A stretch of 24,373 nt of DNA from Campylobacterota bacterium (lineage in GTDB: Bacteria > Campylobacterota > Campylobacteria > Campylobacterales > Sulfurovaceae), in NCBI GenBank assembly GCA_034722955.1, contig JAYEOM010000015.1, positions 1 to 24,373 on the forward strand, written 5' to 3'. Below the pieces are notes generated by a model, which was not told where the DNA came from, ran no database searches, and saw only the letters and a program-made list of their open reading frames with translations. Positions 8,483 through 16,316 of the stretch are shown one piece after another (the first letter of the stretch is position 1; each line of letters begins with the position of its first letter). Position numbers and translations under genes: made by a program.

Positions 8483-8500
8483 CGGAACAGTTCTTGCATA
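8483..8500 (+). promoter_or_regulatory. Sigma54 promoter for nifE
   Basis: CGGAACAGTTCTTGCATA (GG-N10-GC). Confidence 0.85.
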
Positions 8501-8523
8501 GATATATCTATATTAAGCTATTC

Positions 8524-8578
8524 GTAGGGTGGGAGTATCCCACCAATTGCTACAGATGGTGGGATACTCCCACCCTAC
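8524..8578. repeat. REPIN (inverted pair of GTAG-foot REPs) in the nifE leader
   Basis: GTAGGGTGGGAGTATCCCACC-aattgctacagat-GGTGGGATACTCCCACCCTAC, a perfect 21-bp inverted pair. Confidence 0.9.
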
Positions 8579-8654
8579 AGCAAACACAACAGAGTGATGA
8601 AATGTATACTTTGCTTAAATAGCTTCAACCCACAATACAAACAATGGATAAATT

Positions 8655-10010
8655 ATGGTAAATAGAAAACTAATAAGAGAGCTTCTCAATGAGAGTGCGT
8701 GTAGTCATAATGACAAAAAAAAGAGTAGCTGTGACAAACCAAAGCCAGGGGCTACGAGTGGTGGGTGTGCTTTTGAGGGGGCGCAGATAGCACTCTTTCC
8801 TTATGCTGATGCAGTGCATCTCGTCCATGCTCCTGCTACTTGTCAGGGGGCTTCGTGGGAGACTCGTGCCACACCTACGAGCTATGAGGGAGAGAACAAT
8901 ACCCCACTAGGATACTATACAGATGTCACGACCAACGATGTGATATTTGGCGGAGACAAAAAACTCGAAGAGAGTATAGAGTATATCATCGAGCATAAAA
9001 GCCCCAAAGCGATATTTGTCTATGAGACCTGTGTGACAGCGATGATAGGGGATGATATAGACAATGTCGCCAAGCGAATGCAAGAGAAGTATAGTATCCC
9101 CATAGTTGTCGTCCATGCACCAGGGTTTGTAGGGGGCAAAAACTTGGGCTCTCGTTTGGGTGGTGAAGCCGTCCTTAACCAACTCATAGGCACAAGAGAA
9201 CCAAAAGAGATACACCCCTTTGGTATCAATCTCATAGGCGAATACAATGTCACAGGTGATATGTGGCAGTACACCCCTCTCCTAGAGAAGATAGGCATCA
9301 AGGTAGTCTCCACACTAGCAGGAGATGGACGCATAGAGAGTATCCAAACCGCTCACAGAGCCAAACTCAATGTCATCGTCTGTGCCAAATCCCTCGTAAC
9401 CCTCACAAGAAAGATGCAAGAGCGATATAACATCCCCTATATCTCTATCTCATTCTACGGCAAGAGAGATACCAGTAATGCCATCCGAAGTATAGTCAAC
9501 GCCTTTGGAGATGAAGGACTCTCCCAGAGGGCTGAGGCTATGATAGCAGAGGAGGAGGCGAAACTAGAGCAGCAGCTCATCCCCTACAGAGAGATATTGG
9601 CTTCCAAAAAAGCGATCCTCAACACAGGTGGAAACAAATCATGGTCTATAGCCTCGGCACTGCAAGATATAGGTATAGAGGTAGTAGCTACCAGTATACG
9701 CAAAGCCACCCAAGAGGATATAGATATAGCCAAAAAGTATGTACCGATATTGATGAAGATCCCAGCCCAAGAGCAGGGTAAACTCATAGATGACCACGGT
9801 GTAGATATACTCCTAGCAGGAGGACGAAGCCTCTACACAGCCATCAAGAAAAAGGTAGCTTTCGTAGATGTCAACCAAGAGAAAAAGATAAGCTACGGAG
9901 CCTACTCAGGACTCGTCAACTTAGCCAAAGATGTAACAGATGCTGTCAATAATCCTGTCTTTGAAGTAGTGGGGAGAGATGCTCCTTGGGAGGAGGCTGT
10001 CGAAAAATAG
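8655..10010 (+). CDS. nifE: Nitrogenase FeMo-cofactor scaffold subunit NifE
   Basis: PGATSGGCAFEGAQIAL, HLVHAP, DVIFGGDKKL, YETCV, GFVGGKNLG, GEYNVTGD, TGGNKSWS, C-terminal APWE. Confidence 0.96.
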   Translation: MVNRKLIRELLNESACSHNDKKKSSCDKPKPGATSGGCAFEGAQIALFPYADAVHLVHAPATCQGASWETRATPTSYEGENNTPLGYYTDVTTNDVIFGGDKKLEESIEYIIEHKSPKAIFVYETCVTAMIGDDIDNVAKRMQEKYSIPIVVVHAPGFVGGKNLGSRLGGEAVLNQLIGTREPKEIHPFGINLIGEYNVTGDMWQYTPLLEKIGIKVVSTLAGDGRIESIQTAHRAKLNVIVCAKSLVTLTRKMQERYNIPYISISFYGKRDTSNAIRSIVNAFGDEGLSQRAEAMIAEEEAKLEQQLIPYREILASKKAILNTGGNKSWSIASALQDIGIEVVATSIRKATQEDIDIAKKYVPILMKIPAQEQGKLIDDHGVDILLAGGRSLYTAIKKKVAFVDVNQEKKISYGAYSGLVNLAKDVTDAVNNPVFEVVGRDAPWEEAVEK

Positions 10011-10188
10011 CTTATTTACCCTATGCTTCATTTCTGATTTTTGGATTGTATAAATTTGTAGGGTGGGAGTATCCCACCATTCGTAGCAATTGGTGGGATA
10101 CTCCCACCCTACCTATCTGTAGCGTTACAATTATATATCCATAAAACGGAAACTATAAAGCACCATAGAGAGTGTTTTTTTGACAGCT
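9995..10188. mobile_element. Second MITE of the GGCTGTCGAAAAA family, containing a REPIN at 10058-10112
   Basis: 9995-10046 is near-identical to the reverse complement of 2061-2112; far end agtgtttttttgacagc matches the 1808 end; no clean TA duplication. Confidence 0.7.
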
Positions 10189-10218
10189 TTGCACAATAAA
10201 ACTCTCAAAAATATATAA

Positions 10219-10236
10219 TGGAACAGTTATTGCATA
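10219..10236 (+). promoter_or_regulatory. Sigma54 promoter for nifN
   Basis: TGGAACAGTTATTGCATA. Confidence 0.85.
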
Positions 10237-10267
10237 GATAGTCAACAAACAACTCTAGGATGCCACT

Positions 10268-11545
10268 ATGTCAAAACCTCTCCAGATAAACCCTATCAAA
10301 CTATCACAGCCTATGGGAGCTCTGCTCTGCTTTTTGGGTATCAAAGATACGATGCCACTGATGCATGGAGCTCAAGGGTGTGCTAGTTTTTCCAAAGTCT
10401 TCTTTACTCGACACTTCTCTGATCCTATCGCGGTGCAGACTACAGCAGTCAATGACCTCACAGCTGTTATTGATGGGGGAGAGTACTCTATCGGTGAAGC
10501 GATCAAAAATATCACCAAAAAAGTCCAACCCAAACTCGTAGGACTCTTTACTACAGGGATGACCGAGACAAAGGGTGATGATGTCAAAGGGGTGACCTAT
10601 CTCCTGCGAGATGAGCAACAGATGGTATATGTCAACACACCTGACTTTGAGGGTGGGCTAGAGAGTGGGTTTGCCAAGAGTATAGAGGCGATAGTAGAGC
10701 AGCTCGTAGAGGAACGAACTACTATCAATAGCCAAAAGGCTCTGCTCATCCCTAATGCCAACCTCACACCCCTAGAGGTGGAGAAGATCAAAGAGCAGAT
10801 AGGGCTTTTTGGATTTGATCAAGTTTTTGCTCTGCCTGACCTGAGCCTCTCGCTTGATGGACATTTGGGACTCAAGCAGGGGGCATTGACTAGTGGGGGT
10901 ATAACAGTAGAAGAGATCAAAGCTCTAGGTGATAGTGCTGTCGTTATCACTGTAGGTGAGTCGGTCAAAAAAGCTGGAGATTTGCTCTTGAGCAAAAATG
11001 AGCATATAGAGCATCTGCACTTTGATGCATTGGGTGGGTTGGTGCAGAGTGATGCCTTCTACGAAGCTCTACTCGAAGCACGATCTATGCACAAACCACA
11101 CCCCTCTATCATCCGCTGGAGAAAGAGACTGCAAGATGCACTGCTAGATACACACTTTGCTCTAGGAGGTACACGCGTCATCATAGCCACAGAAGCTGAC
11201 CAGATACTCGCCCTCTCGCAAACCATACACGAAGCAGGAGCCAATATAGTAGCTGTCGTAGCCCCTACCAAAAGCCAAGCACTCTCACAAGTCCCCTGTG
11301 ACAATATCATCATAGGTGATTTTGAAGATGTAGAGGAGAGTATGGTAGATGCCGATCTCATCATCAGTAACTACCATGCCGAACGACTCGCAGACAAACA
11401 GCACAAAGCTCTACTCATCAGAGGATTTCCAAACTATGAGATAGTAGGGAACCAACTCAAATATGATCTGCTCTATGAGGGGAGTTGCTATCTTCTCTTT
11501 GAGCTTGCAAACCTCATAAACCAACACAATCACCATAAAGAGTAG
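10268..11545 (+). CDS. nifN: Nitrogenase FeMo-cofactor scaffold subunit NifN
   Basis: NPIKLSQPMGA, MHGAQGCASF, RHFSDPI, ETKGDD, TPDFEGGLE, LQDALLDTHF, RGFP. Confidence 0.95.
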   Translation: MSKPLQINPIKLSQPMGALLCFLGIKDTMPLMHGAQGCASFSKVFFTRHFSDPIAVQTTAVNDLTAVIDGGEYSIGEAIKNITKKVQPKLVGLFTTGMTETKGDDVKGVTYLLRDEQQMVYVNTPDFEGGLESGFAKSIEAIVEQLVEERTTINSQKALLIPNANLTPLEVEKIKEQIGLFGFDQVFALPDLSLSLDGHLGLKQGALTSGGITVEEIKALGDSAVVITVGESVKKAGDLLLSKNEHIEHLHFDALGGLVQSDAFYEALLEARSMHKPHPSIIRWRKRLQDALLDTHFALGGTRVIIATEADQILALSQTIHEAGANIVAVVAPTKSQALSQVPCDNIIIGDFEDVEESMVDADLIISNYHAERLADKQHKALLIRGFPNYEIVGNQLKYDLLYEGSCYLLFELANLINQHNHHKE

Positions 11546-11559
11546 TCATAAAAAATCTA

Positions 11560-11577
11560 TGGAACACTATTTGCATA
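11560..11577 (+). promoter_or_regulatory. Sigma54 promoter for the nifX operon
   Basis: TGGAACACTATTTGCATA. Confidence 0.85.
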
Positions 11578-11617
11578 TACAACAGGTAGTATTAAAGTTT
11601 TGTACAACAAACAATAA

Positions 11618-11638
11618 GGTGGGATGCTCCCAGCCTAC
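11618..11638 (-). repeat. Single degenerate REP in the nifX leader
   Basis: ggtgggatgctcccagcctac, reverse GTAG-foot REP with one mismatch. Confidence 0.7.
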
Positions 11639-11676
11639 GAGATGCAAGTTAAAATATAAAATTTAGGAGAAGATAT

Positions 11677-12090
11677 ATGAATCCAGAAATCAAAATAACA
11701 TCAAGCAATACAAGTAGTGGCACTATCAAAGTAGCTTTTGCAACCAATGATGCAGAGAATATAGATGCACACTTTGGAAGTGCAAAAGAGTTCCATGTCT
11801 ATACTATTAGTACCGAGGGGTATGAAGTAGTATCTATCATCAAGATAGAGACCAAAGATACAGACAAGACTGTTGCACTTTTGCTAGGTATAGATATAGT
11901 CTATTTTGTCAACATAGGACCTACAGCAGCAGCCAAAATCATCCGTAAAGGTGTCTTCCCTATCAAATACAAAGAGGTAGTAGGTATAGAAGAGGAGCTT
12001 GAAAAACTCAAAAATATGCTTGGCGATAACCCTCCTCCATTTATCAAAAAAATCATTGAGAAAAAAACAGAAAATGCAGAGGTGGCATAA
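11677..12090 (+). CDS. nifX: NifX
   Basis: IKVAFATNDAENIDAHFGSAKEF..IGPTAAAKII..P.K..NPPP; directly follows nifEN. Confidence 0.9.
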   Translation: MNPEIKITSSNTSSGTIKVAFATNDAENIDAHFGSAKEFHVYTISTEGYEVVSIIKIETKDTDKTVALLLGIDIVYFVNIGPTAAAKIIRKGVFPIKYKEVVGIEEELEKLKNMLGDNPPPFIKKIIEKKTENAEVA

Positions 12091-12512
12091 TGGAAAATTT
12101 ATTTATAAGCACTCTTATAGGACAAGTCAGAGCCTTAGATCAGTTTGGTACTTGGGCGAACAAAGCAGATGAAGAGATACTCACAGAGAAGTATGTCAAA
12201 ACCAAAGAGGATCTCAAAAATATTCCCGTAATAGCAGATATAGATGAGATGCAGATACAAGATATCCGTTTGGTCTATCAAGCCATAGCTCTAGCATTTG
12301 AGAAAGAGACTGGGATTATGTGTTCGGTAGTCATGGAGATGAGTCATGAGGGATTTGGTCGAGCTGTAGTGATAGCAGACAAAATTGTCATCGTCAATAA
12401 GTTTTTTAAAGATGCCCATAGATATTCGTTTAGAACTTATGAGAAGCTCATCCAAGAGGGTGACAAGATGTTAGCAAATGCTCTCACAATATATCAAGAG
12501 TATAACAAATAG
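12090..12512 (+). CDS. NifX-associated nitrogen fixation protein (DUF269)
   Basis: RALDQFGTW, SHEGFGRAV, DAHRYSF; position after nifX. Confidence 0.88.
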   Translation: MENLFISTLIGQVRALDQFGTWANKADEEILTEKYVKTKEDLKNIPVIADIDEMQIQDIRLVYQAIALAFEKETGIMCSVVMEMSHEGFGRAVVIADKIVIVNKFFKDAHRYSFRTYEKLIQEGDKMLANALTIYQEYNK

Positions 12513-12521
12513 GAGAAGAAT

Positions 12522-13040
12522 ATGTCAAAGATAGGAGTTTTTTATGCCAGTGCTGGAGGCACTACAACAATCGTTACAGATAGATTGGTTGAGGCTTTTG
12601 ATATAGATGAAGATGATGTGATATTTATGGAGGATGACTACGATGATGTAGAGCAGTTTGATGACTACGATACACTCTTCATCGGTAGTTCTACTTGGGG
12701 GCAAGGCGATCCACACTTTGAGTGGGTTGATCCTATGTTGGAGATAGCAGAGGATGCCGACTTCACAGGCAAAAAAGTTGCATTTTATGGTGCAGGTGAT
12801 TGTGACAAACATGGAGAACACTTCTGTAGTGCCTTGGGGAAACTGCATCAACTCTTTACCAAAGTAGGTGCGACAGCCATAGGGTTCACCCCAAAAGAGG
12901 ACTACACATATGAAGCTTCACTAGCAGAGATGGATGGTGCTTTTTGTGGGCTTGGGATAGATGAGCATAATGAGTCAGACAAAACAGAGGAGCGAATCAC
13001 TCGCTGGATAGAGATACTCAAAAAAGAGTTGGAGGATTGA
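12522..13040 (+). CDS. Long-chain flavodoxin (NifF-like electron donor)
   Basis: IGVFYASAGGTT, GSSTWGQGD, VAFYGAGD, FCGLGIDEHNESDKTEERITRW. Confidence 0.92.
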   Translation: MSKIGVFYASAGGTTTIVTDRLVEAFDIDEDDVIFMEDDYDDVEQFDDYDTLFIGSSTWGQGDPHFEWVDPMLEIAEDADFTGKKVAFYGAGDCDKHGEHFCSALGKLHQLFTKVGATAIGFTPKEDYTYEASLAEMDGAFCGLGIDEHNESDKTEERITRWIEILKKELED

Positions 13041-13043
13041 GAG

Positions 13044-13403
13044 ATGACAGAGAGATATAGTGAAATAAATATGGACTCATTTTATGAGTTGACAGATGCT
13101 GAAGACTTTTTTGATTTTTTTGGTATTGAATACGACCAACAATTAGTCAATGTGAAACGGTTTCATATCATGAAAGAGTATGGAAGTTTGATAAAGACGG
13201 GGATGCAAAACCTCACAGAGGATGAGACGCAACTGCTAGAGTTTTTGAAGTTTTCACTCCTACGAGTCTATGGTGACTACAAAAATGGTCATGCCCCAAA
13301 TGCTGCAACTGTTTGGGATATGTTCAAAGATGGCAAGCTGAGTGGATGTCTCAGCTGCACACCTAGCCCCGCACAGACTCAAGGAGCTAGCTGTGCTTGT
13401 TGA
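13044..13403 (+). CDS. nifW: NifW with a Cys-rich C-terminal tail
   Basis: LTDAEDFFDFFGIEYDQQLVNVKRFHIMK is the NifW signature. Confidence 0.88.
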   Translation: MTERYSEINMDSFYELTDAEDFFDFFGIEYDQQLVNVKRFHIMKEYGSLIKTGMQNLTEDETQLLEFLKFSLLRVYGDYKNGHAPNAATVWDMFKDGKLSGCLSCTPSPAQTQGASCAC

Positions 13404-13779
13404 CCCCAATGTAAAACTCCAGGATAATGTCACTGCGGCTCGTTCGGGCAAAGATGCAGATGAGCCACTCTTTGGAGTAGGACAGAAGGTGCAACTCTTA
13501 GAAGATATCGTCAACGACGGTACCTACCCTCACACTAAGATAGGGACTATCATGATGGAGAAGGGAGCTATAGGTTATATCAAACATATGGGAGAGTTCT
13601 TGCAAGTGATTCGTGTCTATGAGGTGCATTTCTTTGGTAGTGGCAAGGAGGTCGACATCATCGGCTGTAGAGAGCATGAGCTTGAAGCTATGGAAGATTT
13701 CGTCGATGAGATGGCAGAGGAGCGAGCCTTTATGGAAGCCCATAGAGCAAAGATGCAGAAGCTTTATGGTGAGTCGTAG
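13393..13779 (+). CDS. nifZ: NifZ
   Basis: PLFGVGQKV..IVNDGTYP..GAIGYI..GEFLQ..YEVHF..IGCREHEL; GTG start at 13393 with AAGGAG RBS. Confidence 0.9.
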   Translation: MLVDPNVKLQDNVTAARSGKDADEPLFGVGQKVQLLEDIVNDGTYPHTKIGTIMMEKGAIGYIKHMGEFLQVIRVYEVHFFGSGKEVDIIGCREHELEAMEDFVDEMAEERAFMEAHRAKMQKLYGES

Positions 13780-14059
13780 GGTGGGAGTATCCCACCAATT
13801 TAATCGTAGGGGTCTGAAGTTGAGTGTTTTGTGAAGCGCAGCTGAATGAAACAGTCAACATCTGACCTCGGCTAGATTGTACAGAGTTGTAGGGTGGATG
13901 AAATCCACCAATGAATGGTGGGATACTCCCACCCTACCTATCTGTAACTCTAACGGTGGGTATGATGCTGTTTTTGGTAGGGTCGGTTTACCGACCAAAC
14001 AATATGCAAACAGAAACCATGCAAACCGATTGAACAGATGGTCGATAAATCGACCCTAC
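13776..14059. repeat. Composite REP cluster
   Basis: REP A 13776-13796; inverted 3' half of the 151-bp repeat 13806-13875; GTAGGGTGGATGAAATCCACC 13889-13909 paired with reverse REP A 13917-13937; GTAGGGTCGGTTTACCGACC 13977-13996 paired with GGTCGATAAATCGACCCTAC 14040-14059. Confidence 0.85.
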
Positions 14060-14067
14060 AGAAAATA

Positions 14068-14118
14068 GTTACTAGCAAAGAGTAGATATCTCCTATCTAT
14101 CTACTCTTTGGTAGTAAC
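14068..14118. other. Long stem-loop (21-bp stem, one mismatch, 9-nt loop) upstream of the first ferredoxin
   Basis: gttactagcaaagagtagata / tatctactctttggtagtaac. Confidence 0.75.
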
Positions 14119-14146
14119 ACTATCCAATTTAAAAAAAGGAGAAACA

Positions 14147-14491
14147 ATGGCAAAAGTGATTTTCATGCACTTTAAAGAGGAAACAGACGGTATATACGAT
14201 GCCAAGATAGGTGAACCGATTGTTCGTGTAGCAAAAGAGAGAGGTGTTCCACTCCCTATAGAGTGTCAAGATGGTGAGTGTGGAAGCTGTCTCATATCTG
14301 TTGAGAACATAGCAGAAGAGGAGCCTACAAGCTACATGGAAGATAAAGAGCTAGATAAACTAGTAGAGCTTGGTGCTATCACAGCAAAAGAGGCAAACCA
14401 CTGCCAGCAGTTTACAATCAGTCCTAAAGTAAGGCTCGCTTGTCAAATGCTATTAAAAGGTGATGTGCTTATCAAACCATTCAAGGGTTAA
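14147..14491 (+). CDS. [2Fe-2S] ferredoxin, FeSII/Shethna-protein-II-like (114 aa)
   Basis: GVPLPIECQDGECGSC ... long insert (DKELDKLVELG) ... RLACQ; ATG 14147 with AAGGAG RBS. Confidence 0.8.
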   Translation: MAKVIFMHFKEETDGIYDAKIGEPIVRVAKERGVPLPIECQDGECGSCLISVENIAEEEPTSYMEDKELDKLVELGAITAKEANHCQQFTISPKVRLACQMLLKGDVLIKPFKG

Positions 14492-14516
14492 GACCCAATT
14501 TAATTAAGGAGAGAAG

Positions 14517-14813
14517 ATGACAACAAGAGTAGAAATAGTAAATGACTTTTTGGCGATCAATGTAAAAGAGGGTAGCACTATCCAAGATATCGTAGAGGCT
14601 AGTGGTAGTGCATTGCCTTTTGGATGTAGAGATGGTGAGTGTGGTACCTGTGTAGTAGAGGTAGAGGCTGGTATGGAGTATCTCTCAGAAAAAACAGATA
14701 AAGAGGTAAAAGTCCTCAAAGAGATCTGTTTAGGAACTTGTACACCTAACTCTAGACTCTCTTGTCAAATGAAGATAGCTAGACCAAATGGTTTGGTTCG
14801 CCTAAAGTATTAA
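14517..14813 (+). CDS. [2Fe-2S] ferredoxin (98 aa)
   Basis: PFGCRDGECGTC...RLSCQ. Confidence 0.92.
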   Translation: MTTRVEIVNDFLAINVKEGSTIQDIVEASGSALPFGCRDGECGTCVVEVEAGMEYLSEKTDKEVKVLKEICLGTCTPNSRLSCQMKIARPNGLVRLKY

Positions 14814-14824
14814 TATTTATACAA
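14809..14824 (+). promoter_or_regulatory. 16-bp motif shared with the nifA upstream region
   Basis: ATTAATATTTATACAA, identical at 19269-19284. Confidence 0.45.
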
Positions 14825-14870
14825 TAAAGGTTGCCCAAATGGATTACTTTTTGGGCATAATTAGAGTATT

Positions 14871-16115
14871 ATGAATAATAGATTAACTCTACAACAGAAA
14901 CAGAAACAGACTCTACAACTATCACTGAAGCTTTGGCTGCCACTACTCCAAGCACCACTTCAAGAGTTAGAGCATATATTCAAAGAGTATAGCGATGACA
15001 ATCCATTTTTAGAGTGTAACTCATCTTTTGAATCAAGTATCTCATCAGACTCCTATAGTGGAGATGACCAGAAGAGAGATTTTATTGAAAATGTGAGCCA
15101 CTATAAAGAGTCCCTCTATGAAAAGCTAGAACCTCAGATAGATGCCCCGCTCTTCCCTACACCCATATCGCAAAAAGTCGCTAAAGAGATCATGTATGAT
15201 ATCAATGATGAAGGGTTTTTCGAGGGAGAACTCTCTCATATAGCTATCAAGTGCCATACTACGGATGACTTTGCAGAGAGAATACGCAGTAGATTCTCCT
15301 ATATGGAGCCTAGTGGTGTAGGTGCTAGAGATATGCAGGAGTCGATGTGTTTTCAGATTTCACAGATAGATATAGGCAACGAACTCTATATCTTTGTAGA
15401 GAAACTCATCAAAGATATACGCCATATGGAGAAGTATCACAAACACCATCTCTTCAGTGAAGCAAGCCAAATCATCAAAAATCTCAACCGCCCACCAGCG
15501 ATAGCCTATCAAAAAGATATTCCTTATATAATTCCTGATTTTTTTGTTGATGTTGATGAAGATATAACTGTAAAAATAAATAACAACTACTATCCAGATA
15601 TAGTAGTCAAAGATCCATTTAAGAGTAAAAGTGGAGAACTCAAAGAGAAACTCAAAGAAGCAAGAGATCTCGTCAACTTGATGGAGCTACGCAAATCTAC
15701 ACTCTATAAACTTGTGCTTATCATCGTAGAACGACAGACAGCTTTCTTCATCGGTGGTGAGCTCAAACCACTTACTATGGTGGAGATAGCCCAAGAGCTA
15801 GGTTTTGAAGAGTCGACTATCAGTCGAGCTGTATCCAACAAATATGTACAGTGCGACAAGGGGATATTTTCTTTAAAATCATTTTTTACCAATGCTGTAG
15901 CCAAAAATCTCTCTTCCTCTGAGATCAAAAACTTTGTATCTCAATGTGTTGACAATGAACCCACGGAGAAACCCCTCACAGACCAAGAGTTAGTAGATAT
16001 GGTCATCCAAAGATTTAGAATCAAAATGGTACGAAGAACTATCACAAAATATAGAAAACTCCTCGATATCCCCTCCTCTAAAGAGAGAAAAAAGATATAT
16101 AAGATGCAGCAATAA
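14871..16115 (+). CDS. rpoN: RNA polymerase sigma-54 factor
   Basis: Gln/Leu-rich region I, EPSGVGARD, LKPLTM..IA..ESTISRAVSNKY, RpoN box VRRTITKYR..L.IPSS. Confidence 0.95.
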   Translation: MNNRLTLQQKQKQTLQLSLKLWLPLLQAPLQELEHIFKEYSDDNPFLECNSSFESSISSDSYSGDDQKRDFIENVSHYKESLYEKLEPQIDAPLFPTPISQKVAKEIMYDINDEGFFEGELSHIAIKCHTTDDFAERIRSRFSYMEPSGVGARDMQESMCFQISQIDIGNELYIFVEKLIKDIRHMEKYHKHHLFSEASQIIKNLNRPPAIAYQKDIPYIIPDFFVDVDEDITVKINNNYYPDIVVKDPFKSKSGELKEKLKEARDLVNLMELRKSTLYKLVLIIVERQTAFFIGGELKPLTMVEIAQELGFEESTISRAVSNKYVQCDKGIFSLKSFFTNAVAKNLSSSEIKNFVSQCVDNEPTEKPLTDQELVDMVIQRFRIKMVRRTITKYRKLLDIPSSKERKKIYKMQQ

Positions 16116-16132
16116 GAGTATGAAAGCTCCTA

Positions 16133-16150
16133 CGGAACACTATTTGCATA
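16133..16150 (+). promoter_or_regulatory. Sigma54 promoter for the small-ORF/AKR/flavoprotein/nifT operon
   Basis: CGGAACACTATTTGCATA. Confidence 0.85.
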
Positions 16151-16211
16151 TATAACTCCTAAATATCCGAATCTCTACAGTTTTGGATAAACCCAATAAA
16201 AGGAGTCCTAA

Positions 16212-16316
16212 ATGTTTTACACAACAATAATGGTAGTAGTAATGGTTGTCTATGTGACAGCTGTTATCTTCTATGCACAAAAAAACCATAAACAGAGATT
16301 TGGGCGTTGCATATGA
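16212..16316 (+). CDS. Small 34-aa single-pass membrane protein (absent from the ORF track)
   Basis: AAGGAG RBS; MFYTTIMVVVMVVYVTAVIFYAQKNHKQRFGRCI; its TGA overlaps the next ATG (ATGA). Confidence 0.7.
   Translation: MFYTTIMVVVMVVYVTAVIFYAQKNHKQRFGRCI

Noticed and set aside
8655..11545. Possible nifD/nifK structural genes
   Set aside because: Lengths, motifs (GGCAFEGA, TGGNKSWS, NPIKLSQPMG) and the downstream nifX identify NifE and NifN.
13776..14059. Clustered short palindromic repeats resembling a CRISPR array
   Set aside because: Units alternate in orientation, differ in sequence, have irregular spacing and are dispersed through the window; no cas genes. They fit REP/REPINs.
13877..14068. 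63-aa ORF between nifZ and the ferredoxin
   Set aside because: Made entirely of REP repeats; TTG start without RBS.
14832..14857. tgcccaaa/tttgggca hairpin before rpoN as an intrinsic terminator
   Set aside because: 8-bp stem with a 10-nt loop and no following U-tract; cannot distinguish terminator from operator, so not called.
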